Shown here: positions 18,522 to 26,054 of the stretch, one piece after another
Position numbering within the stretch: position 1 is the first letter of the stretch
Layout of the letters: every line of letters begins with the position of its first letter
IMG/VR virus record: IMGVR_UViG_3300044620_000614
Coordinates: 1-64,000 of that record
Length of the DNA stretch: 64,000 nt
Direction: 5' to 3' (one strand)
From: a virus
Program-made: the position numbers and the translations under genes
The notes under the pieces: model-generated
What the model was told of the DNA's origin: nothing
Database searches by the model: none
What the model saw: the letters and a program-made list of their open reading frames with translations, nothing else

Positions 18522-18836
18522 TCAACCTTCAACTAATTTTAGTTCAGGAGCAACAACTTCTTGCTGCACCGGAACAACCAAGCCATTGCCAAATGCACTG
18601 TTGTAGTGATTTGCAAGATCCATCTTAGCATCAACATGCCAAGCAATTGCGTTCCAGCGGACCAAAATACCATTCTCAATCTCGCCATAAGGAATCCACG
18701 GAGCCATTCCGAGTTCTCCCTTACCTGCCGGAACAAGAATGGCAGCCTTCTTAAGAAGAAGACCGTTTTCCTGTTGCTCTACCTTTGCGATTAGTTGTTC
18801 GCCCGTCGTCAATCCTACTAGTTGAATCATTGTCAT
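18522..18836 (-). CDS. Conserved T4-like phage protein (Sm-like beta fold)
   Basis: LTTGEQLIA, MAPWIPY, YNSAFG motifs; hairpin terminator at about 18480-18507. Confidence 0.65.
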   Translation of the reverse strand: MTMIQLVGLTTGEQLIAKVEQQENGLLLKKAAILVPAGKGELGMAPWIPYGEIENGILVRWNAIAWHVDAKMDLANHYNSAFGNGLVVPVQQEVVAPELKLVEG

Positions 18837-18936
18837 TTCCTTTCTTTCCAAAGATTCTGTCATAGTTTTCTGAATACTTATCCCAGTCTACTCGGCGATA
18901 AGCATCACCTTTACCAGCGCCGTGTTTACCTTCCAT
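18751..18936 (-). CDS. Small conserved phage protein
   Basis: AAGGAG RBS; GKGD..R......Y.ENYDRIF motif. Confidence 0.55.
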   Translation of the reverse strand: MEGKHGAGKGDAYRRVDWDKYSENYDRIFGKKGNDNDSTSRIDDGRTTNRKGRATGKRSSS

Positions 18937-18956
18937 AACATCTCCTTATTCAGAAA

Positions 18957-19028
18957 AGCCACTTACTGGACTCGAACCCGCAACCTGTGCTTTACAAAAG
19001 CACTGCTCTACCATTGAGCTAAAGTGGC
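18957..19028 (-). tRNA. tRNA-Thr(UGU)
   Basis: GTGCT-TTTGTAA-AGCAC. Confidence 0.9.
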
Positions 19029-19030
19029 AA

Positions 19031-19101
19031 CTGCCCCGCTTGGATTCGAACCAAGAAGAGGAGGTTCAAAGCCTCCCATGTTACCGTTACATCACAGGGC
19101 A
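19031..19101 (-). tRNA. tRNA-Gln(UUG)
   Basis: GGAGG-CTTTGAA-CCTCC. Confidence 0.92.
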
Positions 19102-19164
19102 TTAAAGAAAGAGCGGAGTTATTTATGCTCCGCTCCTTCAACCCTCAACCCGAGGATTTACCGA

Positions 19165-19419
19165 TTAGCGGCAACCGCCAACGGTGTAGTTAGAAGGACC
19201 AACGAGGGCGACGCGCTTCATGAAGTAGCGAGTGCTGCCATCACGGTTAGTGTGCGAAACGATACGCCAGTTGCCGTAACGCTCAACAGTCTCCTTGATG
19301 TTGCTGATGGTGGCGCGGAAATTCTTGACACCAAACATCTTGCTAGCCTGAGCAGCGGTCAATCCACGACCTGTATGGAGATAATTGAGAACGCGATCCT
19401 TCTTAGTAATAGTTGTCAT
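19165..19419 (-). CDS. Winged-helix DNA-binding protein
   Basis: VLNYLHTGRGLTAAQASKMFGVKNFRATIS. Confidence 0.7.
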   Translation of the reverse strand: MTTITKKDRVLNYLHTGRGLTAAQASKMFGVKNFRATISNIKETVERYGNWRIVSHTNRDGSTRYFMKRVALVGPSNYTVGGCR

Positions 19420-19492
19420 AACGAAACCTTTCAAACCGGCATTCACTTAAACACAAATAAACTCTGCCGTTAAGTTTATTTGCTTTTGGAAG

Positions 19493-19565
19493 TGCCTCCA
19501 GCAGGGGTCGAACCTGCGACCTATCGGTTAAAAGCCGAATGCTCTGCCAACTGAGCTATAGAGGC
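19493..19565 (-). tRNA. tRNA-Lys(UUU)
   Basis: TCGG-CTTTTAA-CCGA. Confidence 0.93.
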
Positions 19566-19800
19566 GTGAAACGGTTTTGTAAAGAACCGTAAACTTTATG
19601 ACGGTTTCGTAGTTATGTAGAAAGTTATCCGTAAACTTTTCTACACACTTGAGAGACAAGTCCTCTCAAAAACCTTCCGCAACCTTCACAATCTCGTTTT
19701 AGTTGCTAGGGGGTGTTCCTCACACCTTGTCCTGATCGGATGCATTCTATGAGACTTGATACTCCATCAAATGCACACGCGATGTGCTAACATTACATAA
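19566..19800 (-). ncRNA. Candidate structured ncRNA co-transcribed with tRNA-Lys
   Basis: No ORF in the track; several hairpins; downstream of a consensus sigma70 promoter. Confidence 0.45.
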
Positions 19801-19878
19801 TAAAAAGGTTCAAAACATTTAAATAGTAATCATTGTTAACACTCCGTTGAAGGTACTGTGTTTCCTGTCATGCTCATA

Positions 19879-19906
19879 ATTATACTGCATTTCCGTTGTT
19901 TGTCAA
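19879..19906 (-). promoter_or_regulatory. Sigma70-type promoter driving the tRNA region
   Basis: TTGACA-16 bp-TATAAT. Confidence 0.75.
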
Positions 19907-20964
19907 GCAATTTCCTGTCCATTAAATACGGAATTGATTTGGCGGTTTACCCGAACGAATGTCGTACACTTTGGCAGATCCTTCAGACGCTTGGCGCCAA
20001 CATAAGTGCAAGCCGAACGAACACCACCAAGAATTTCCTGAACTGTATTGTCGATTGGACCGGTTTGCTTAACCTTGATGGTCTTACCCTCTGACGCTCG
20101 GTAAGTGGCTACACCGCCAGAAAACTTATTCATTGCGGTGTCTGATGACATTCCATAAAACACTCTGTTGCCAGATTCATCGTGTTGTGCTGCTTCATCG
20201 GAACCCGCAAACATACCACCAAGCATGACAAAATCACCACCAGCACCAAATGCCTTTGCAACATCGCCTGGACAAGTACAACCACCATCTGCCATAATGT
20301 GACCACCAAGACCGTGCGCCGCATCAGCACATTCCATGATTGCGGACAGTTGCGGATATCCAACGCCAGCAACCTTACGAGTGGTGCAAACTGAGCCAGG
20401 ACCAATTCCTACCTTTACGATATTTGCGCCAGCAAGAATTAATGCTTCTGTCATTTCACGGGTTACTACATTACCGGCAATCAAAATCTTGCCAGGAAAA
20501 ATCTTACGAATAGTCGAAACATACTCTACAAACTTTTGCGTGTAACCGTTTGCAACATCAATACAAATAAATTTTACAGCAGAGCAATAATCTAGAATAT
20601 TAGTTGCTTTGCGAATTTCTTCATAGGAATTTGTTCCCATTCCCATACTGTAAACGAGACAATCAAGATCAGGATTGCTAATCAGTTGATTATCGTAATT
20701 TTTCATCCACTCTTCTTCAGTATAGAACTTGTGAATGCAAGTTAACATTCTGTGTTGAGATAATTTTTCTGCAACAGAAAAAGTACCAATACCACTCATA
20801 TTTGCCGCTGCAATAGGAATTCCATCCCAAGCAACATGCATTCCAGAACTATCAAAATCAAATCTGCGTGAAAGTGAAACTTCTTTACGGCTGTTTAGTT
20901 CACTTCGCTTTGGACGAATTAGTACATCAGCAAAATCCAACTTCACATCATCTTCAACTTTCAT
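19903..20964 (-). CDS. guaC: GMP reductase
   Basis: [36 protein letters not shown]. Confidence 0.95.
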   Translation of the reverse strand: MKVEDDVKLDFADVLIRPKRSELNSRKEVSLSRRFDFDSSGMHVAWDGIPIAAANMSGIGTFSVAEKLSQHRMLTCIHKFYTEEEWMKNYDNQLISNPDLDCLVYSMGMGTNSYEEIRKATNILDYCSAVKFICIDVANGYTQKFVEYVSTIRKIFPGKILIAGNVVTREMTEALILAGANIVKVGIGPGSVCTTRKVAGVGYPQLSAIMECADAAHGLGGHIMADGGCTCPGDVAKAFGAGGDFVMLGGMFAGSDEAAQHDESGNRVFYGMSSDTAMNKFSGGVATYRASEGKTIKVKQTGPIDNTVQEILGGVRSACTYVGAKRLKDLPKCTTFVRVNRQINSVFNGQEIA

Positions 20965-20966
20965 AA

Positions 20967-21275
20967 TTAATCCTTATTATACTTGGCGTAAAATTCCTTG
21001 AAGAAATCCGACTTACCATATGGAGTGTTCTTGTTGTGGAAAGAATCTTCAGAAGAGGTAGTGTAACCGTCTTCCCATGCCTTTGCAACAAGTTCTCTCA
21101 CTTCGGCAATACTAAACATTTTTGGTTGTACATTTTGTTCATTCATAATATTTTTTTCTTCCCACTCAAAATCATCAAGTGACAGTTCTTCATTATTGAC
21201 ATAATAATGTGGATATTTTACTGGTTTTGGTCTTATTTGTTTAATTGTACGACCACCGACACTTGGAATTTCCAC
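20967..21275 (-). CDS. Hypothetical protein (start uncertain)
   Basis: ORF track. Confidence 0.45.
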   Translation of the reverse strand: MEIPSVGGRTIKQIRPKPVKYPHYYVNNEELSLDDFEWEEKNIMNEQNVQPKMFSIAEVRELVAKAWEDGYTTSSEDSFHNKNTPYGKSDFFKEFYAKYNKD

Positions 21276-21315
21276 GACTTCATAATCTGTTTCAATTATG
21301 TCCTACTTTTTGGTG

Positions 21316-21636
21316 TTAGATGTCCGATTGGTCGGTTTCATCTGATTCAGTGATGTCATTAATTGCTTGTTGTATTCCATTTAGCAATTCTTTTTCAATA
21401 TTTGAAACCCATTTATGATATTCGAACGCTTCACAATCAATAATTTCTTTAATTACTGGTGGAATACGGATTATAACATTATTTTCATGCTTTTCAAGTA
21501 AATAGTGAAGTAAATCCGAAGGAGATTCGGAGTCTACTATCTTCTTATATTTACCTTCTTCATAAAAAAACAACTCATATACGCCATCTTTAGCATATTC
21601 TATGAGGGCTTCGTACTTTTTTCTTGCTTTTTTCAT
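21316..21636 (-). CDS. Hypothetical protein
   Basis: ORF track. Confidence 0.55.
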   Translation of the reverse strand: MKKARKKYEALIEYAKDGVYELFFYEEGKYKKIVDSESPSDLLHYLLEKHENNVIIRIPPVIKEIIDCEAFEYHKWVSNIEKELLNGIQQAINDITESDETDQSDI

Positions 21637-21703
21637 ATACTTATCCGAAAAAAGGTATAAATTTGCTCATAACGAACAAATTATACAAGGTACGAGTAAA
21701 AAA

Positions 21704-22039
21704 TCAAGCAGATTGCTCAGGATTTTCTTGTTGTTGTGATTCTTCTTGTCCCGGTTCAGCGCCTTGTTGTCCTTGTTCAGCGGCTTGTTGTTGTGCTTCT
21801 AGTTCTTGTTGCTGCATTTCTGCTTCTTGTTGCTTTGCCATGACAACTTGAGCAGATAAACTTGGTATTAATTGCTGCACAACACGATGAATAAACCATT
21901 TTCTATCGGGACTTTTAACATTTTGTGTTTTTGCCTTTTCAATCTCTGCTGCATTTGCATTTTGCATTGATGTTGAAGTTGGCATTACACTTTTTTGCGC
22001 GGCGGTTTCTGCTTCGTTTAATCTCATTTTATTCCTCAC
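21704..22039 (-). CDS. Q/E-rich late protein
   Basis: LNEA motif, low-complexity tail. Confidence 0.55.
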   Translation of the reverse strand: MRNKMRLNEAETAAQKSVMPTSTSMQNANAAEIEKAKTQNVKSPDRKWFIHRVVQQLIPSLSAQVVMAKQQEAEMQQQELEAQQQAAEQGQQGAEPGQEESQQQENPEQSA

Positions 22040-22047
22040 TAACCTAT

Positions 22048-22329
22048 TTATGGTTGTACATCATCTTCAAGATCTCTGTAATAATCAGAAACTCGAACTC
22101 TTAAATATTTTTTGGCTTTTTGTAGCAAAACCAACTCTTGTTGTGTTAATGCTTCTCCGCCTTTTTGTTTATCTACCAGTTCTTGAACAATTTCGCGCAT
22201 TCTCCATTCAATATCTTCTCCACCTTCTTCGTGCGCGTCTTTTGGAGAATTTCCTCCCTGTTCGGGTGGTGTCCCGAACATTGCTTTGATGTAGTTCTCA
22301 AAGTCATTTGGAGAAAATTCTGGCTTCAT
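22048..22329 (-). CDS. Hypothetical late protein
   Basis: Start revised to MKPEFS after AATAAATA. Confidence 0.5.
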   Translation of the reverse strand: MKPEFSPNDFENYIKAMFGTPPEQGGNSPKDAHEEGGEDIEWRMREIVQELVDKQKGGEALTQQELVLLQKAKKYLRVRVSDYYRDLEDDVQP

Positions 22330-22514
22330 GAAAGTATTTATTTTATTTTGCGTGTTTAAAATACTCAATTTGTCGCAGACGATTTTTTGCAGCCGCTTTA
22401 GTATCAAACTTGCCCATATTTTTACCCTTCTCAGAGCGTACCACATATTGACTACCCTCACGACGAATAAATTCAAGAAGATGTTGCTTAAAGGTTTTCA
22501 TATGTGTATTTATA

Positions 22515-22580
22515 AAGAAACAACCTCCTTTTGAGGGGAGGTTGTCGGACCGGAGATGCTATCTCCGGTGGGGTTGTAAG
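22515..22580 (-). ncRNA. Candidate two-hairpin small late RNA
   Basis: Between TATAAATA boxes at 22581-22588 and 22507-22514; two strong stems plus a U tail. Confidence 0.45.
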
Positions 22581-22588
22581 TATTTATA

Positions 22589-22756
22589 TTACTTGCCGCT
22601 TACTGCACCGACGAGGTTGTTAACAGCATTGACAACCATGTGGACACCAGCAACAGTAAAAGGTAGTACAGCAAGGAAGAAAAACCAATGAGTTGGGTTC
22701 TTCCAGCAAAAACCACCGAGGGGGCACTTCTTAACGCATGTTTGTGTTTGTTCCAT
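22589..22756 (-). CDS. Small membrane peptide (55 aa)
   Basis: AAGGAG RBS; MEQTQTCVKKCPLGG...WFFFLAVLPF. Confidence 0.6.
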   Translation of the reverse strand: MEQTQTCVKKCPLGGFCWKNPTHWFFFLAVLPFTVAGVHMVVNAVNNLVGAVSGK

Positions 22757-22782
22757 TTTTAATCTCCTTTAAAATAAATGAA

Positions 22783-23517
22783 TTAGAACTTGATTCCCAA
22801 ACCAGCCGTAACGATTGCGTTCGCTTCGGGCGTAACAACATCTTGATACACGGGAATACCTACTCCCAAGTTCAAGTCTACATTTGAAGCAACACTCCAG
22901 TTGACTGTTGGGCCAAGGAAGAGTTGTGCTTCACCACTATTGACATAGTACAATTGATCAAACTCAAGACCGAACTTGAAGGCATTCCAGTCGTATGATA
23001 GACCGGTTCCCAAAGAAACGACATCTGAATTTGTCTTTGCACCAAGCCAAGTGATATAGGATTCGCCACCATTGAACCGATATCCGGCAGTTTGAGTGAA
23101 ATCAAACATCCAGAGTTTGCAGTTAAATGCAGCGTTGAGGTATGGATCTACGTTAGCATTGCGGAAATATTCCGAACCAACGGGGATGTACATACCAGCA
23201 CCTACAGAGACGCCCCACTTATCACCGGACAAAACATCCCAAGCACCACCAAGATTGATGTTGCTTACAGTTGTGTTATCGTCCTGTGTATAAACTGGAA
23301 CATCCAAATCAACATGGAAATCCTTGTTGATATCCAATGAGAGGTTTTGGTTGAGTCCAACCAAAGTAGAGCCGGCACCCTTGAAGGTGTGGACTTCTAC
23401 AGTCTCATTAAATGACCACTTAAGATCCCAATTTGAAACCGGAGCAGGAGCAGCATTTTGTGCTGCCGCGGAACCGGAGACTGCAAGTGCAGTCAAAACT
23501 GTATAACCTGTATTCAT
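22783..23517 (-). CDS. Outer-membrane beta-barrel protein
   Basis: Signal peptide (AAA-Q), alternating beta strands, C-terminal GLGIKF. Confidence 0.8.
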   Translation of the reverse strand: MNTGYTVLTALAVSGSAAAQNAAPAPVSNWDLKWSFNETVEVHTFKGAGSTLVGLNQNLSLDINKDFHVDLDVPVYTQDDNTTVSNINLGGAWDVLSGDKWGVSVGAGMYIPVGSEYFRNANVDPYLNAAFNCKLWMFDFTQTAGYRFNGGESYITWLGAKTNSDVVSLGTGLSYDWNAFKFGLEFDQLYYVNSGEAQLFLGPTVNWSVASNVDLNLGVGIPVYQDVVTPEANAIVTAGLGIKF

Positions 23518-23663
23518 TCATTTCTCCTTATATAAAAATGTCAGTACAGTTACACCTCGCACTTCTTGAGGTGTAGGGGTATATAGTATCAACATTTTTT
23601 GGCTTGTCTAGCCTTAAAACGAAATTTCTATTTTATATAAATAAAATAAACTAGGAGATTACT

Positions 23664-23864
23664 ATGACAGACTCAAGATGGTTAAATGAATTAACAAAAA
23701 CCTACGTTCAAGAATCAGTAGGTCAACCCGCTAATTTAAACGAACAACGCATTCAAGAACAAGAAGAATACATTCAACTTCTCGAAAGTGTAATTTCCGA
23801 CATTGTAGAACAATATAACATCAATATTGAAGCAATTTTAGAAGAAAAACAAAAAGCAAACTAA
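23664..23864 (+). CDS. Small late protein
   Basis: TATAAATA at 23636-23643, AGGAG RBS, terminator at about 23886-23910. Confidence 0.65.
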   Translation: MTDSRWLNELTKTYVQESVGQPANLNEQRIQEQEEYIQLLESVISDIVEQYNINIEAILEEKQKAN

Positions 23865-23911
23865 TCAAAATAACAAAAAAGAAAGAACCCCGGTTGATCC
23901 GGGGTTTTTTA

Positions 23912-24220
23912 TTATATCTCTAATGGTTTTCTTGTTAGACTTGTAATTCTATCAATCTGTTTGGTAATTGCAACAGTACGATCAGGCCACTTAATATAAT
24001 CCTTGTCGGGATTTTTCAAAAGATTATACAATAGAGGAAGAATCAATTTTTCCAACGATTGCATGTTTTGTGTGTACTTTGCAATTGCTGCTTCTTTTGC
24101 CTCATCAATTGCATCGTTGGCCTCTTCTTGTGCCTTTTGAATTGTTTGCTCAGGTGTATCCGAGAATTCAAAACTGAAATCTTCTGAGAATGGATCTGCT
24201 GGATTAAATGTGTTTGCCAT
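23912..24220 (-). CDS. Conserved T4-like phage protein
   Basis: LILPLLYNL.KNPDKDYIKWPDR motif. Confidence 0.7.
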   Translation of the reverse strand: MANTFNPADPFSEDFSFEFSDTPEQTIQKAQEEANDAIDEAKEAAIAKYTQNMQSLEKLILPLLYNLLKNPDKDYIKWPDRTVAITKQIDRITSLTRKPLEI

Positions 24221-25375
24221 TTATTTTTTCCCCTTTTTATTCATTTCATCTAATTGTTTAGCCAAATCATACATCATTGGTCCGGCTTCAATCAAATTTC
24301 TCATATATGGTTTATATGTTTTTTTCCCACCCGATTTAGAAGATGGTGATTCTACTTTTACTCTTATTTGCAACAATCTGTTTGAGCTCTTTACAGAATC
24401 CACATATAGTTCTACTTTTGGATCACCTTCTTCTTCATCAAACTGTACCAATATTTTTTTACTTTTCAATAGATTGGTATAATCTTTAATAAAGGTTGGA
24501 GTAAATGCTATTCTTTTATAGGTTCCCTTTTCCAACTTTACCAATTCAATACCGGGTTCACCTAGTGTGGCACTATTTGCTATAAGTTTTGTGAGAGTAG
24601 TATAAAAGGCAGAATTTTTTGAATTAATCATACTTTTTAATTCTTTTGCTGCCTGCCCATATACAAACCTTCCCGCTTCCTTTAGTATTTTTTTTAACGT
24701 TTTCAATCTCGCATTTTCTCTGGAAGTAAATACGATATCCTTATCATAATTTTCTAATAGTTTGTTATATTTTTTTTCCAGCCCAACAATGTCTATGCCA
24801 AGCGTTTTTTTCCAAACCGAAATTTGTTTAGTAAATTCCTCACCCGATACCTGAGCAAACTGATCACCACCAGCCACTTTCAGTGAAATCTGACGAGAAT
24901 AGGTTTGTCCATTATGTGTAATCTTAATGTCCGCCTTGGTCTGCGTTTGTGCGCCAGTACCATCTGAATGAACATCTACTGCATCTATTATACCATTCAG
25001 AGCAAATTGGATAGCATCGCTTTTCCATGTCTCGTTCACATATTCAATTGCAGATGAATAGAGATCTTTTAAAACATCCATCTGTCTAGTTTTTTTGACT
25101 TTTAGTATATCCGTATCTGCTTGTGGAATGTTAATTTGCAAAGTCATATTGTCTTTGACTTTTGTGCCGGGATCGGTAATAGTTTTCTTTAAAACCTTCC
25201 CAACACTATAAGATCCGTAATACTCTGCCAATACATCTTCCACCATAGCCAAAGTTAAATCTGGATAATTAGATTTCTTATCTTTTGGACGATTTATAAA
25301 TTTAGCAAATAGAGCAGCACCTACAATTGCTTCTGCTATGTTACCTTTATTATATTTTGCTCGTTCGTTGGCCAT
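24221..25375 (-). CDS. Hypothetical protein, possibly nuclease fold (KADI...ISLK)
   Basis: 384-aa ORF with a PD-(D/E)XK-like pattern. Confidence 0.55.
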   Translation of the reverse strand: MANERAKYNKGNIAEAIVGAALFAKFINRPKDKKSNYPDLTLAMVEDVLAEYYGSYSVGKVLKKTITDPGTKVKDNMTLQINIPQADTDILKVKKTRQMDVLKDLYSSAIEYVNETWKSDAIQFALNGIIDAVDVHSDGTGAQTQTKADIKITHNGQTYSRQISLKVAGGDQFAQVSGEEFTKQISVWKKTLGIDIVGLEKKYNKLLENYDKDIVFTSRENARLKTLKKILKEAGRFVYGQAAKELKSMINSKNSAFYTTLTKLIANSATLGEPGIELVKLEKGTYKRIAFTPTFIKDYTNLLKSKKILVQFDEEEGDPKVELYVDSVKSSNRLLQIRVKVESPSSKSGGKKTYKPYMRNLIEAGPMMYDLAKQLDEMNKKGKK

Positions 25376-25419
25376 AAAAATATGTATGGTTTCCTAAATA
25401 CAAAAAAGGAGCATCAATT

Positions 25420-25590
25420 ATGTCAAATATACCAAACAATATCAAGAAGATGTGGGAAGCAGCAGCAAACATCGAAGCCATAAAGAAGGGAATGAGCAAA
25501 TCGACAGCGAGCATTCCCGGTGGACCCAAGAAGGAAGTCGGTGGAAAGATTCACGGTAATCGTGATGAAAAGGGAAACCTAAAGAACTAA
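25420..25590 (+). CDS. Small basic late protein (56 aa)
   Basis: CTAAATA, AAGGAG RBS, followed by the CCTCCC/GGGAGG-T terminator. Confidence 0.55.
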   Translation: MSNIPNNIKKMWEAAANIEAIKKGMSKSTASIPGGPKKEVGGKIHGNRDEKGNLKN

Positions 25591-25666
25591 ACAAATAACA
25601 AAGAACAAATAGAGAGCCTCCCTTGATGGGAGGTTTTTCTTTTGGGGGGTTCCTTTTGGAAATGTC

Positions 25667-25732
25667 TATAGGATTTGACGGGGGTGGGGGTCCCAAGTAA
25701 TTGCTTATAGGATTTCCGGGGGAGGGGTCCCA
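25667..25732 (+). repeat. Imperfect G-rich direct repeat at the left border of the GC-rich island
   Basis: TATAGGATTT..GGGGG.GGGG(G)TCCCA twice. Confidence 0.6.
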
Positions 25733-26054
25733 TGAGAAGTATTTGAGAGAAGAGGGGATGGGGGAGCCTTGCCCCACCGGGTCCCACCCAAATCCCCCTA
25801 GAAATACTGTTTTTCCCGCCAAGTCTTGCTCTAGAAACCCCTATGTTTCGCCTACGATCATAGCGTTTTCAGCACATCGCGCGGCAGGCCATAGAAGCCG
25901 AAGGCCAGTACTTCGAGCACGCCAGAGTCGCTTTGATCCCACTTTGGGTCGGGGATCAAAGTTTCTGTGGCTCCCCGGCAACACGGCAAACGAAAAAGCC
26001 CCCACGAACCGGTTAGGGTTCGCGGGGGCTACTATGGGTCTGATCTACTCTAGA

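Noticed and set aside
19024-19473. 149-aa + ORF (also 10880-11110, 12745-13011, 12888-13172, 14260-14556)
   Set aside because: These overlap tRNA/tmRNA genes or real - strand genes
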